64,000 bases of DNA from IMG/VR virus record IMGVR_UViG_3300006735_000027, positions 9,143 to 73,142 of that record; one strand, 5' to 3'. How positions within the stretch are numbered: position 1 is the first letter of the stretch; each line of letters opens with the position of its first letter. This stretch comes from a virus. The position numbers and the translations under genes were made by a program. Below, piece by piece: positions 9,237 to 23,200 of this stretch. The notes beneath the pieces were generated by a model. It worked only from the letters and a program-made list of their open reading frames with translations, made no database searches and had not been told where the DNA came from.

Positions 9237-9589
9237 ATGCCCACCTCGATGAGTGCTGAAAACTGAATCTCGTTGTTACTGGTCTTCTCAATTGCGTTAT
9301 AGGTGTAGCGCATGAAGTCCGTCGTGTCTGTCGAATCACTCGGATTTTTATAGCGAATGACGACCTCTCGCAAAGGCCGCGTGAACGCCGTGCTTAGAGG
9401 CACGCTGGCCTCAACCATCAAGGTGTTGTCGTCAATGACCTTCACACTCGGCGTAACAACCACTGCTGGGTTGCCAATGCCGCCGTCTTGCTGCGTAGCC
9501 AACGTGCCGTCAAATCCGAAAACAACCTCGTTGATGCGGTCCTTCAGCGTGTCGACCAAAAATCGAGTCCCTTCGTTCAACAATGGCAT
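9233..9589 (-). CDS. Small tail-tip/fibre-attachment protein
   Basis: It lies between the hub and fibre genes and has a beta-rich pattern (VVFGFDGT...LREVVI...RYTYNAIEK) resembling fibre N-terminal or baseplate domains. Confidence 0.5.
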   Translation of the reverse strand: MPLLNEGTRFLVDTLKDRINEVVFGFDGTLATQQDGGIGNPAVVVTPSVKVIDDNTLMVEASVPLSTAFTRPLREVVIRYKNPSDSTDTTDFMRYTYNAIEKTSNNEIQFSALIEVGI

Positions 9590-9590
9590 A

Positions 9591-11246
9591 TCATCCTCTC
9601 CTATTCTTCAGGTAGCGACTGTGCACAGCGCCCAGTTTGAGATGGTTGCTACGCGCCTCTGGGTTGGAAGCGGTAGACAACACGAACAATTCCTCGTCGT
9701 CGACGACGGCGTGGACGCTGGCTGACTTGATGACGACAGTGGTCGCACCGACAGACGCAGCGTGAATGTGACCTAATTTGTTTCCGTTGCGCTTGTACAC
9801 GGCTTGGTTGTCGGTTCCAAAGATTGTGGTCGCATTGACCCCATCCACCGTGTACGACGTCGTCCCTGCAGCATAACCAGCACCGTTGTTGATGAGCACG
9901 CCAGTGCTTTGGAGCAGTAGTGCTCCGTTGATGTTGTTTCGATGCACGGAGCCAAGCGTGTAGCCTACACCCCGGTTCATGTCCACGCGCTCAGCGATTT
10001 GCCACGACACGCGGAATTTGAACCCGAACGAGGTAGAGAACTCTTCTACGGCAAACTGTCGATTGCGTTCCTCGTTTGCCTCAACGCTGCCGCTAACGTC
10101 AATCTCTTGGAAGCGCTGAAGCACATCTTCGAGCGCAACATCGACCGAATTGACGTGCAGTTCAGTTCTGCGGGAGTTCAAGTCAAGCCGACTACCGAGG
10201 ATGATGTAGCGTTCGTTGTCGACGCGAGTCTGGTGAGAAATCATGTCGCCGGGGTGCATGTTGCCAGCACCAATAACGTCGAGCAACTTCTTGGAGCCAG
10301 TGGCGTTCTTCGCCATCCGAAGCATACGCCTACCAATGGCTCGTGCACTGGCTTTGGTTACAGCCGTCGGAGCGTGAATACCTCCCGGCACCTCGACAAT
10401 ACCAGTCTCCTGACGCCCGAAGTCATCGACTTGCACCACGTTCGAGTGGTTGTTTGCTCGTGGCTGGCCGCGGACAACTACGCGATTCGGCGCACTTTCG
10501 CTGTCGTCATCGAGGGTGCCACCCATGACTCGGCTTTCATTGACCAAGTATTCGCGCTCGATGTTGGACTGCGGGAAGTAGCACACGTTGCCAAATCGGT
10601 CACTGCGTGGGCTGTAGCCATCATGCTTGGCCAAGAAGCGTAGTGCTGTGAACGCTTCAACCCCGTAGAAATCTTGAGCCAAAAACGTCGAAGAAGGCTG
10701 CTTGGCTCGCACACCGTTGATGCTGCTCGTGTTGGCTTTGGCTACACGCCCAGCGAGGTCAGAAGTCCGCATCCCCACTCCAACTTTCTGAGCAAAACGA
10801 ATCGTTTTATCGGTGAAACCGATTTCGGATAGCGACCTGCCTTTCAGATTTTCCAGCCTGTAACGCGTTCCCTTCACCGCATCTTGGATTTGCGAGGTCA
10901 CCAGCGCCTGCGTGTGGTCTTCGGCGCCAACCACAAGAGCAGGTAACTGCGTAGACGTAGTGACTTTGTCCACGTCGTAAAACAGTGCACCCTCGTAGCG
11001 CACGCTTTCCGTTGGGTTGTGAAGCAAACGAATGGTGTCCTCCTCTTCGATGAGGCGATACTTGCGCTCAGCCGTAGGCACGAAGTCTGTTGCAGTTGGC
11101 TTTTCGACAGTGAAGCCCGCCTGCTTGCGCGTGTATTCACCATGGCGGACGGCGTTGTCGACGAATCGTGGCTTACGCACGCGCTTCATCACGGTGCTCT
11201 GGGCTGCATCAGCGCGCCCAGTCACGGTGTTCTTGCCAAGCGCCAT
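9591..11246 (-). CDS. Baseplate hub / tail-tip protein
   Basis: It has a hub-like pattern (LRFLAKHDGY..RSDRFGNVCYF; NRVVVRG; ARAIGRRML; HPGDMI) and lies in the tail module. Confidence 0.6.
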   Translation of the reverse strand: MALGKNTVTGRADAAQSTVMKRVRKPRFVDNAVRHGEYTRKQAGFTVEKPTATDFVPTAERKYRLIEEEDTIRLLHNPTESVRYEGALFYDVDKVTTSTQLPALVVGAEDHTQALVTSQIQDAVKGTRYRLENLKGRSLSEIGFTDKTIRFAQKVGVGMRTSDLAGRVAKANTSSINGVRAKQPSSTFLAQDFYGVEAFTALRFLAKHDGYSPRSDRFGNVCYFPQSNIEREYLVNESRVMGGTLDDDSESAPNRVVVRGQPRANNHSNVVQVDDFGRQETGIVEVPGGIHAPTAVTKASARAIGRRMLRMAKNATGSKKLLDVIGAGNMHPGDMISHQTRVDNERYIILGSRLDLNSRRTELHVNSVDVALEDVLQRFQEIDVSGSVEANEERNRQFAVEEFSTSFGFKFRVSWQIAERVDMNRGVGYTLGSVHRNNINGALLLQSTGVLINNGAGYAAGTTSYTVDGVNATTIFGTDNQAVYKRNGNKLGHIHAASVGATTVVIKSASVHAVVDDEELFVLSTASNPEARSNHLKLGAVHSRYLKNRRG

Positions 11247-11252
11247 GATACC

Positions 11253-14200
11253 TCACTCTCCGCTGTGGTCTCCGGTGTTGAAGGAGGTGTCGCCTTTGCT
11301 GCCTTTGGGGTGCAGAGTTTGACTGTGCCGCGGCTGCACGCTGAAGTCGCCCTCGTCGTCATCAGCAGAGCGACGACTCGCGTCGGCGCGGAAATGCTCC
11401 AACGTGTTCTCGGACATCACCATGCGGGCGACCGGAGAGCGAACGTCGGTCTTGTCGAAGCCGGCGACATCGGCGCCCTGAATCTTCGGACCGTTGCTGT
11501 CGGCAGTGGTCGGAGAAGCAGGGTCTACGTCGTACACGGGGGCGTAAGGAGGGCTGCTCGGAGTGCCAGTGCGAGCGCTGGGCGCGTCGCTGGTGAACAG
11601 CCCATACTTGCCGCCAGCCGTGGCACGATAGAAGTTTGAACCAGCCTGTCGTCCGCCTGTGTTGAGGAAGGCTCGGAACAGTTGACTGTGCTTGGCGTCG
11701 AGTGTATGCGCTGGTCGATACAGGAACTCGATGGTGCTGTCTGTATAGTTCACGTTCTCCTTGATGGGGTCGTGGTTGCTGTCTTGATACGGGTTGGATG
11801 AGGTCGAAGCGCCAGCCTTGCCCCAACCCTTGACGTCGAGGACGCCCGCGTGCTTGCTCCATTCCATGACGTAAGTGCCGCCAAGCGGCCACATGGCATG
11901 AGCATCAGAGTGCTTGACGACACCAGACACAGGCTTGTCTGACCAGTTGAGAGCAGTCATGTCGAGGTCCTTGAGAGTGCGACTACCCACGTCGTAGGCA
12001 CCGCGGATGTTTGTCCGTTGCCCCACTGCACGGTCCGTGTGCAGGCTGGATGCCTCTGTGGACATGACGACGTACTCCCGGCTCACGCCATCGTTGAGTT
12101 CAGCAATAGTGTCCACGTCAAGACCCAGACGCACGTCGTTGCGACTGACTGGCTCTGCACCTCGCGTGTCGGCGTTGACCGTCTCGACACCCTCGCCCAC
12201 GTGCGCGGAAGGCTTGAGCAAGCCGTCATCGCTGTTGAGGTCCACGCGGTCGCTGATGCCGCGCTCAATCTCACCGACCTGCAGCGTTGCGTTGCTTGGT
12301 CGCACAAGTCCTTGGCCAAACGCAGGCTCGGCGGTGCTATGGCTGAGGACCAGTCCAGTTGCATCGTGCGGCTCACTCACAGCCATCAGCAGGCTTTCGT
12401 TGAACACGGTGGGCCAGCGAACACCACGGCCATCTCCACGGTCGCCCACACGCAGCGCACTGGCTGGGTTGAACCAATCAGCCGTGCCCATGTTGCTGGC
12501 AGCGTTGTTACCGCTGTTGTCGTTGCCGCTATAGCGGTCGTTTCCGTCGCCACCGAATAGACCGTTGACCGCAGGGCGGTGCGTGACGTTGGTGTCTGCG
12601 TATGCGTCTTCAGGGTCCCACGATGGCCGCAACCCGAATCCACGCACAGGGAAACGCCTGACTTCTTCGCCACGCGTGTTGCCCCACCAGTCGACCATGT
12701 AGTGGCGATGAGCGCGAGCCAAGTCTTCAGTGCCTTGCCCTGCCTCATCGTTGGGGAACAGACGCGTGGTCGTGGATGCGTTGCGCATGGTGCGGACCGG
12801 GCATCCGAACGGCCCAGTCATGCGGCGCCCGTCACTGTAACGCACCTGCCGACCAATCTGGTCCTGACCAAGCAGACTGGAGACTTGCGTGATGCGTTCA
12901 AGGATGCCGACGTAGAGCGCGTCGAATGTCCGGTCACTTTGTCCAGAATCCGAGCCAACGTAGTCCCATCCATTTGTCTTGGAATCTTGCTGAATGAGTG
13001 GTCCGTGGTAGTAGCCAAGCATCGCGTTACTGTTCGCCACCTCAAGCCAGCCGCGCACATACGGCGACCAGCGAGGACGATTGAACAATTGGCGCACTGC
13101 CATTCGGTAACCGAAGCAACGATTGCGGTCATTGGGTAGTGAGAGCGTAGCGATGCCTGTCGAGTCTTGGTACGTCTCGCAATCCATGCCAAAGGTGTCG
13201 CTTCCCCATCCAATCAGCGCGTGGCCATAAGATTCCATCCGGCTTACTGCACCGCCGCCGTGGCTGCCGCCGGGCCAGAAGCCAGAGAAGTTGTACTTGT
13301 TGGAGCCAACCGTACCGCCCTGATGATTCAGTGTACCTGCCCCGTCAACCTTAGCGTCGATGTCGGAGGCGGTGGTCAGTGTGCCGTCGTGACTGAGTGC
13401 AGTACCCGCGTTGTTGTCGTGGTCATGAGGCGGAACAACCCACTTCATCGCCAGACCGAACGGCCCCTTGCTGGCAACGTAGTTGAAATCGTGGTAGTGA
13501 ATGGTCTCGAAGTGCTCTGGTACGTGGTTGAGCGGTTTCTGGTCAACCGGCGTGTCCGCGGTCCCGGCGTTGGTGTAGAACGCTCGGCTGCTGTCGTCAC
13601 TGTACCACGTGAATGGACGCCCGAGGTTCGGATGCCACATGCACAGGAACGCATCAGGTGCGTGCAGTGAGTTGGTGTCCCGACTACCGTTGGCGTATTG
13701 TGGCAGGTTGCGCGTCATGATGCTGACTTCGGAGCGGGTGAACAAGTCGTCAGACGGACCGTTGTCGTAGGGTCGGCTGAGGCGGAGAATCGTATTCGCA
13801 CCGATGTTGGCCCAGAATGCAGCACTGCCAGATACGCCAGAGAACGTGTCGCTTTCGCCCAGCGTAGCGTGGGCAAGCGTTCCCGTGCGGTTGGTGTAGG
13901 TAGCCGTGTACCGCACACCGTTCTTCGTGTATTCCAACACCTCACCAAAGTAGGGCTTGACGGGGAACATTGCGTTGTCGTCGACCGTGATGGTGGACGA
14001 GCCGTTGTCGCTGATGACGACGCAGTTTGGATTGAGGCTGCGCAGCCGCTTGTGCGGCTCATACAGGTCCAAGAATGACGTTGGGTAGCCTGCCAGCGTC
14101 ATTTGTGCGCCGACAGCACCATAACCCACTCGACAGAACTCGTAGTAGTTATCTGGCCTATGCCACTCCAGATGTCGGAACTTGGCTGCGCCTGCTGCGT

Positions 14201-17200
14201 CAGCACCGTCTTTGTGCAAGATACCCCACCACGGGATAGTCAGCGTTCGACCCGGCGTTGCACTTTGGAACATGCCCGGTCGATAAGGTAGGCTTCTACG
14301 GGTGAAGGCTGGACTGCTGCTCTCTTGCACGCCCAGTGGGTTATAGAGCGCCAGTGGAGGCAAGTTCGTGAACTGACTACTCGCGTCCGGCTCGATGTCG
14401 AGTATAACTTCGTTGAGAATCACCTCGCATCCACGCACGTCAGCCATCATTGCCTCGGCAAGGATGAGGGCGTAAGCCCCACGAGTGGACACGTTCTTCT
14501 CGATGGCAATGACGGTGTTGACTTGCTGCCCCGTCAACTCGGTGACCTTGGTTCCCGACTCACTGGGTGCCTTGTTCTCAGTCGCGTGGTTTTGATGAAA
14601 GCCCTGCAATTGCTGCTTGAACACGTTAGGCTGGATGATGATTTGGTATGCGCCGACCTCCAGCGGGTCAGGGAAGTGGTTGTTCATCGTGTAGGTGTTG
14701 GCTGCCTCTAAGACGAGCGTGTGCCCACCTTGAGCGTTGATGGTGCCTGCGTTCGCACCTGCACTCGCCGCAATGCCGTAGCCTTCGTACTTCAGTTTGG
14801 TTTCAGTCAGGAGTGTGAACGCTCCGCCGTGAATGTCGCTCGGTCCGAATGGAGCCGTTGGTGTTGAAAACCAAACAAGCGGGTCACGTCCGTTGCCGTG
14901 CGTGAGCACCGTTGACGTCACGCTGGTGCGTGTACCCTCTCTGTTCCCAATCAGCGAATCTTCGTAAGGTGCATGGTTAGAACTGGCGCAAGCCCGGTTC
15001 AGGCTATAGAGTCGCTGATATGCAGGATGCGCGTAGTGTCCGGGCATCATCGCCATGGTAGGTGTGACGTAGTGATGGCCCATGCGAGGAATAGGCATAG
15101 GCGTCATTTTTGGCGTCGTCATTCGCGTGTAAGGCGCAGACGGATTGGCCATCGCTCCCGTGCTTCCGGGCAGGTCACTATAGATGTCGAACCAGTCGAG
15201 TTTGACCATGTCGGGGCTGGCACCGCTGTATTCACTGTGGTCACGCAAGCGACGGGCTGCGAACATGCGCGTGCTACCAGCAGGCATGTAGTACGATGGG
15301 ACGACCTTCAGACCTGTCTTACCCAAGACAAAGGATGCGAAGTCTGGGCTATAGACCACGCCAGTGAATTTGTTTGTGGACACGCCCGTGTAGGAGGCGA
15401 GCACGCCCTTGTCCGTGGCGGGGTCATAAACGCGCAGGAAGTAGCGACCACCGCTCTGCTCTGTAGTGTCGGTCCAGACCGCGGCCTCAGGTGTAGAGGT
15501 AACGTTGATTTCTGTGCCACTATGACTCGAATAGGTAAGTTCGTCGAGGTCAAAGCGGTGCGTCATGCTTACGCCCATACGGGTAATGTGGAAAAACAGA
15601 TTACGGTCATGAGGCTCGTAAGCCGATTCCAGCGGCGCGTTACTTGTGTGGTCCGTCCAACCTTCACTGGTGGATGCAGGGAACTTGAGGCGAGAGTCGC
15701 TCTTAGTAGTCGAAATGTCGACGGCGTCTTGGCTAAGGTGCTCCCAGCCGTTGTTTTCCCACGTCGGCCAGAGACGCGGGCCACTGTATTCGTTGTTGAA
15801 CATCTGCCGAATCTGGGTGATATTTTGGGCGGGGTGCTGCAATCCACCCGAGCCAATGGTCTCGGTCTGGTACGCCTGAATCCGGTCAAATCCACTACGA
15901 ATAATGATGTTCCCCGGAATCTCATCGGCATCTGGGAGGCGAATGCGGAGGTTGGGATTTACGCCTGCACCCGCAAGAGCAGGAGCAAGTCCCTCGATTT
16001 CACGGTCGCTGATATGGCGGAAGTCGAGAATGACTGTGCCGAGCGGAGAGCCGCCGTCCAAGTGGTGTTCCTGACCCGTGTCGTCAACAACTTGCATGCT
16101 CTTGAACTGCTGGTCTTCGTTAGGGATGAGCAGTGCGTTCCTCACTTCAAGCGGGTGTTGTTCAGCCAGTTGGGGGTGACCCAGTTCCTGTGCTTGGATG
16201 ATAGGGAACATTGCAGCGTTGGTCGTCTCGAAGGAGAAGCGCACGTTGCCCAGCACCTTTTCGCCCACCGTCTTGAAGTCGGTATCACTGCTGTCCTTAC
16301 GCTGGACCCACGGAATCATGCCGAGGCCACGCGCGTTGACGGCCGGCATCGTCAGGCTACCGCCATCCATACGCTTCCAAACGACGTGTTCAGGTAGGAA
16401 GTTCCGTGCTGCATGTCGGTTGCTGAAGTAACCGAACAGCCCGTTGTGAGGCATGTCTGTTGCGGCAGCATTGATGTTGAGGTAGTGGTCGTGGCTGCTG
16501 ACGCCAATGCACTCTACACCGAGCGTGCTTGCGGACTCGTGAGCACCTGACTGAATCACGACACTCTCATCCCAGAACAAGTCACCTGTTGGGTAGCGAC
16601 AGGCGTTGGCCCTCACCATGTCCCCACTCTGAATGGTGCGATGCCACTGCGCATCGCTGGGAGCAGACCCAACGGCAGGGTAGTCGCTCTCCTCAATTGG
16701 GACGGAAAGCGAACTGTGAATCTGTGCCTCAACGTGCGGTCCAGCCGTAGCAGGGCCGACGTAGCGGCTTCGGTTGTGCACTTTACCCGTGTTCCATGCA
16801 GTCGTTCCTGCATGAGCAATGTTGGTGCTTTGCACCATGTGCAACCAGTCACCTGTGCAGGAAATGCCGTCACGGTCAGCCTTAGCGATGATGGGTAGTT
16901 CGGCCTCGTGCGCAACGGCCACGAGGTGGCGTGTTGCCAGCCCGGTCACGCAGTAGTCTTGGACAAAGGTAGCCGCTGGGTTCTCTGTAGCCCCCGTAGG
17001 CGCACCTCCAGTAAGACAAGTTTCTGCAGCACCGTACGGACTGAAACCCAGCAACGGATGCCATGCACCTAATCCTGCGAAGTGAACATCAGCGCCAACG
17101 CTGGTTTCAGCCTCATATGAGTTAAGGTAGGAATACGCTTCCCCGTGCCAGCCGACAGCACCGACAGGTTTGGTGCGGTCTACTGCGTCATGATAACCAG

Positions 17201-20200
17201 AAAAGTGCACCTGAGTCATGTGGTCACGCGAAGCAGTGCCTGTGTTGTTGTGACGATGCGTTCCAGCCTTAGTCCAGATATAAGCCTTGAAATCGGCTCC
17301 GGGTGCAATTGGATTGAGTCCAGAATCGACGATGTTTGTGGCAGTCGTGCCCGGAGAAACAGCGAGTGTAAATGTGGTGTTGGGCGAGCCGACGCTATGT
17401 GATATGTAAGGGGCTGAGCCCGCAGACGTGCCATCGGAAACACGTAGCCAACCATACTCGGGATAGGTAGTCGCCGTACTGGTGACGACCAATGAAGCAG
17501 GTGTAGAACCGCTTTCTGCGGCGTATGAGACGACCGGCAACTCAACCCAGCCGTAGCGGTCTTGGTTGTGTGCGTTCTGCATGCTCGGCATGAACGTGCC
17601 ACCAATGGCTTTCAGCGGGTCGTTGCCGGGGAACGTGTTGATGGCTCCGCTGAGCACTGCGCCCAGTTCCTCTGCATTTTGGCAACGCGTCGCGTCAACG
17701 ATGACGACGTTCTCATCAACGACTTGGTCACCCTCAGACCCCGCGGATGCGTAAAAGGAGCGGTATGCCTTAGCCAGTAGACCGGCTGGCCGGAACGAAG
17801 TACCGTTGTGCTTGTTCCCGCTTCCAGTGGAAATGCGAGCACTGGCCACAGGGTTCTTTGGGTTCTTGGACACGTGGTCATCGAGGAAGTGGCCTCCGGG
17901 GTGATAGCCGCCGTCCATGTGCCATATGACTGAAGACTTGCGAGTGGTTGTGTGAGTGGCGCTCCCGATTGAAGCGCCAGCAAGGTCTGAGAACACGAAG
18001 TTGAACGGGTGGTAGTGTTTGGGTAGGTTACTGGTCGTAGCGACCGAACCCTCGAAGTAAAACGCCTTCGCAAGTGTTTGAGAATACGTTTTGCTTCCCG
18101 TTGCGTTTGTGTTAGGGAAGCCTTTGGCGGGTTGCCAGTTCATCGGGTAGTTGAAGCCCCGCGTGTTGTTCTGCTGGAAGAACGTCGTCATCGGCAAGTG
18201 TGCGGCGGCGCTGCTGGTCCTGTTTAGACCTGAGTGCTCCGTTGCATCACCGTTGGCTAATTGATTGGGGAGGAAGGAATCTTTGGCTGTGTTGCCACCA
18301 ATGTAGATGGGCACTGCACTGTAGCCGTTACCAGTCGTAACGATGTTCGCGCCCTGCGGTTCGTGTGCGGCCGTGTTGTGAGGGAACGCCTGCCCCGGTC
18401 CGAAAATCATGTAGATGGTTTGGTCGGCAGAGTCGCCTGTCGCACTGTAGCGTGCGTGAGGATGTGCAAAGCGAAGGATGAGTGGCGTCGGGACGTTGAT
18501 GGCAACGCTACGGCTGCCGTCGGTATAGGTCAGCCCTGTTGCCTTGGTGTTGGCGCCTTTGGCCATATCGTAAGACAGCAGTGCATCTTGGTTGAAGAAC
18601 GGCGGGTGGTTCTGCCCACGATGCTGGTCAAGATACGGCGTGCCGGGGAACATAGCGAGCATCGCATTCGTGTCGATGAGTGCGTGAGAGCCAGCCATCT
18701 CACCGATGTTCTGGAAGCCCGCCGAGCCTGTCGGGCCAGAGGCGTAGGGATGAGTGTAGAAGTCAGCGTAGTCGTTCTGCGTGCCGTCGTTGATGTCGAC
18801 CACTGCACCAGAGAAGCCACCGCCAAAGTAGAGCGGCACCCAGTGGTCAGGACTGTCGCGCCCACCACGGAAGTACAGGAAGGGGCTTGCGTTCTTGCTA
18901 CCGGCTCGGCGCACGCCATCTGTACGAACGGCGTCGGATGCACGCGTCGTACCCTTGAACAACGTGTCTCCGGCCACTACTGCAAAGTTGGCTGAGTGAG
19001 TTACCACGTCTAATTGAGTGACGCTACTGGCACCGGGCTTGCTGCGCACTTCGGCGTATTCAGTGGTGCTGTACCACACAATGAGCGGCTCTCCCCACGT
19101 GTCCGCATCGTCAGAGGCAAGTTTGCCCAAAAGTGCGAGTGATTCGTTCGATGCGACCTCGATAGTGGAAAGTGCGCCTCCGCCTCCGCCGTTGAAGGTA
19201 TGGACCTCGATGATGGGTGAATCAACGCGTGGAATGACGAGGTCACCGGGCACGTCAATGAAGTTCTCGCCGCGCAAGTTACGCTGCCATGTCGTGACGT
19301 CCACGATGTTGTTCTGACTGTCGACGAGCACAGGCGTCGCCGTGTTTGCATTCGAGCCACGATACTTCGTCGTGATGTGGAGAACGGTCTCAGGGATGTA
19401 GCCAACATCGAGTCGCGTCCCCGCATCGACCTCAGCGTTGCTCAGCCCACCAGTATGCTTGCTGGACACAACTGCGTCACTGGTAGCACCGTCCATCAGA
19501 CCGAAGTCCTTGGTCCGCCGCACGTCGAACAAGCGCCCGAGCCGTACCCTGTCGGTGTTCCGAGCAACAACGTGGATGGCGTCTGCACTGACGCCCCACT
19601 CGCCCAGTGTGCGACCATCAGGCGCGAACATGTCTCGGCAGTCGAACGTCTCAGTCGTACCACTGATGGCGTGCTCAACTGCTGCAGCCATGACCTCGTC
19701 GGTCAGAAGACAGGTGAAGTTGATGCGTGGACTCAGATACCAGTCGCCGTTGCTGTGACTGGACGAGCCGCCAATGACGCCGAAGAACTTGTGCGGTCCA
19801 GCGTGACCATTGTGCGTTCGGCTGGTGTAGTAGAACGTGAGTCCTTGCGCCCCACTGGAGGCCTTGGACAACTGAAACATACCGCTTTCGGGGAATCCAA
19901 GGTAGCCAAGGAGGTCGGGGTGAGTCTGGAGGACGGCAGGTGCACTGGTGTCGTAGGATGCCCCAAGCGTGATGGTCATGGTCCCAGAGGACAACGACGT
20001 CGTCGCTTTCGCACCGACGATTGGCGAGGGATAGTTGTTCCAAAGGTTACCCTTGAACTTCTTGGCGGTGCCGCCTGTCTTTTCACCGCACACTTCGCCT
20101 GTGCCCACCATGTGTGCGCCGACGGTGAAGCCACCCTGCGACACGTCGCGGTCATCGAAATGGATGAGAATCTCTTCGTCGAGCGTGGGCGGCAGGTATG

Positions 20201-23200
20201 TGTTGTCGCTGGCGAACTTCTGCTCGTTCTGCCGGTAGACAAAGCGGATGGTGTGGTTATCGCCGCGGTGGTCGACGAAGCGCAAGCCGTAGAGCGGTGA
20301 CTTGCCGATATTCTCAGCCTTGAGGTCTGCTTGAGGAATGTAACCGTCAGCGCTACCCTCGGTGGTCACCGTCATGGCGTCAGCAACGTTGGACGCTGTA
20401 CCATAACGCGACTGTAGATTCGACTCGGTGCCATCGTTGCCAAAGCCCCACTTACCTACGTCAGGTGCCCAACCGGGAATACCAGCCTGCGTCAAGCCAC
20501 CAAAGTTGATGCGAGCCCGTGCCTGCGTGCCCACTCGCAGACCGTCGACCAGCACTGACGCAGGGCTCTTTGTCTCAAACGATTCGTTGAGAGCCGTGTT
20601 AGCGTTGCGACCACTCCCACCTTCGCGCGAAGCATCGGTAAGGGCCGTAGTGCTGTCGACACGGTCAGGTCCGAAATCGAGGTTGTTGAGGAAAGCGTCG
20701 TTCGGATTCTCCGGCGGCAGGTGCTCTTTGAGCGTCGTGATGGGTGCGAATGGTCTTCCAAATCGGTTGATAGGCATCGGTGCAGGGTGCATGTTTTCAC
20801 CCGTAACCTCGTCAGGTTGGCACCAGTAATTGCGGAAGCGACCGCCATGCCCAATAAGGAACTGCGGTCGATACGGGCTCTGGGCTTTGCTGCTGTCCAA
20901 CCACGTACAGAAATTTCGACCGGCTGCACCCGGAACCGTCGAGTGGATGACGATTGAGAAGCCGGGCCGTCCGTCAGAATCGAGAACAACTCGGCCGAGG
21001 TGTGCGCGCACGTAGCCCATGTGCGTACCACGGTCATGGCTGGAGAATGCCTTGGAGGGGTCCCAGAACGGCGCAGGGTCGTGAGTCGAGGCTGTTGCGG
21101 CAAAGTCTGCGTGCAGGTGAGTAGCCGCCGGGTCGATGTTGGTACCAAAGGCACTGCTCTTTGGTCCGGGGCTGGCAAGGTTGAATTTGCTGCTTTCTCC
21201 AAGGAACTGGTCGTTCGGTCGCCGAGCATGCGTTTTGCCGTTCTTTGCTCCCGCTTGATTGATGAGGCGGACGACTTCCAGTGCAGCAGATTCAATGCTG
21301 GTCACGCCGTCTCGCAAAGCAACTTCGCCCAAGTCAACCGTCAAGCGGCGAACAAAGTCCATCTTGGTCCAGTGTTCGAGGTATTTCAGACGCGTTTCAT
21401 CATGACTGGTCAGGTCAAGCGTGCCCGCACGAATACCTTTCATGCCGAGGAATGCAGGAACAACACGCGTCCCGTCAGGTGTATCGAAGAACGTAGACCG
21501 TTCTCGTGTGTCCGCATCAATTTTCTGATGCTTCGCCAATGCGTCATCTGCAGCCGTTTTGACCGTAGCGCTGTTTGTTCGGTCAGAGAAGCCGTCGGTG
21601 GCCAAATCATCAGCGCCGCCAACGTAATGCGTGGACAGCCCATCAGTCACGCTTTCGTTCCAGTCGCTGTTATGAGCATAGGCTGATTCGATGAAGTCTG
21701 ACTTGTGAGTCGAAATGATGTTCTTATTCTGCGAAGGGAAACCTGCGGCTACGTCCAATCCAGAACCGGATGTTGCGGCACTGTGAATAGGTGTCTTGAA
21801 CGAGGTTTCGTTGCCGATAGTCGAAGCAGCAGCGCTTGTCTGAACCTGCATGTGTAGGTCTTGGAATGCGATGAACTCGCGGTCATGCGCGACGTCGTAG
21901 AGGAGGATTCGGGCAAAGTCTTCAGTGCATTGGTACGGGTCAATGTAAGCCACGACGGGTGCAGTGGCTGAAGTCTTCAGTGCTTCGTAGTTCAACTGAA
22001 TGGTCTTGTTGATGTGCTGCACGAGGTTCTGAGCCGTTTCAGTACACGTGTTTCCAATCAAGAAATTCTCCATCGGAATGCTGTCGCGGGGGCTAACGTT
22101 GGGACCAGAGACACCACCGTTGAAGCCAGACCAAACCTCTGCTTCGTTGAGAGTGCCGCGGCTTTTGCAGAACAATCCCTCAATGGCGTGAGGGTTGGTG
22201 TAGTGCATGTTCATCCAGACAGTGTCGCCCTGCCGCAGCCCACCGCCGCAGAAGGGATGAGCCCATGCACGATTGAGGAAGGTCTCCAGTGTCTGAGGGA
22301 ATTGGTTTCCTGTAGTGTCGTGCAAGTCTTCGACGAAGATTTCGTCACCCACAGCAGGCGTAAAGCCTGAGTCTGGACTGACGATGGTTAGCACGTTGCC
22401 TACGCGGTTATCGTAGAAGCCACGATACGTCGTCCCAGCAGCGTCTTTCCAACCGACTCGGAATTTATAGTTGGAGTCGTGACTTGCGATAGGGAACAAT
22501 GTTGCATCATCAAGTGTGATTGAGGTTGCGGGGCTACCAGTCACAGACACAGCCTTAGCACGCGGCCTCTTGTTGACGATGCGGGGTAAGTGCGGGTTGG
22601 ATGTCGGTCCGGCGCGAAGTTCAATGGCGCTCACGTATTGCCGCAGGCCGTAGTCCACGTTGCCACCCTGCGTCATCACATTCGCACGGTCAAAGTAGAA
22701 CGGTCGACGACTTTCATGACCGGCGCTGATGAGGCTCGGGTTGTCCGCAATGCCCGGATGAGACATGTCTTGATAGCCCGGAGACGGGAAGATATGTGCA
22801 CCCACTTTGATGTCGCGCAGGAAGTGCTCACTGAATGCGTGGTCATCACCGCTGTCGACGACCGTCAAGTAGTGGTCGGTGGTGTTCCGAGCGCTGTAAG
22901 TGACCCACTCGCCGCTGGCAAGGAAAGCACGTCGGTAGCGAGCACTACCTCCTAATTCGGCAACCTCGACCGGTGGTGCAGACGGAATTGGGAACAGGTT
23001 GGCATCTTCAACATACACGCGAGAGTTGCCCGAGTCGTATGGACGAGTGACCTTGGTCCCGCTACGATGGCTCTGATTTTGCACCGTGAAAGAGAACGGG
23101 CCAAAGAGTTCAGGGTCACGTGGAGCGACGGCCTCTGGTCGACGGCCAACGGGGCTGGGGTTCCAAGAGTGAGCCGTGTGCGTTGCGTCGATGTGCAACT

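Noticed and set aside
14973-16397. Long plus-strand ORFs opposite real genes (e.g. 14973-16397, 43158-44555, 54191-55342, 39698-40609, 49031-49918)
   Set aside because: They are antisense shadows of GC-biased coding genes, with no motifs or RBS, and lie entirely within well-supported minus-strand CDSs.
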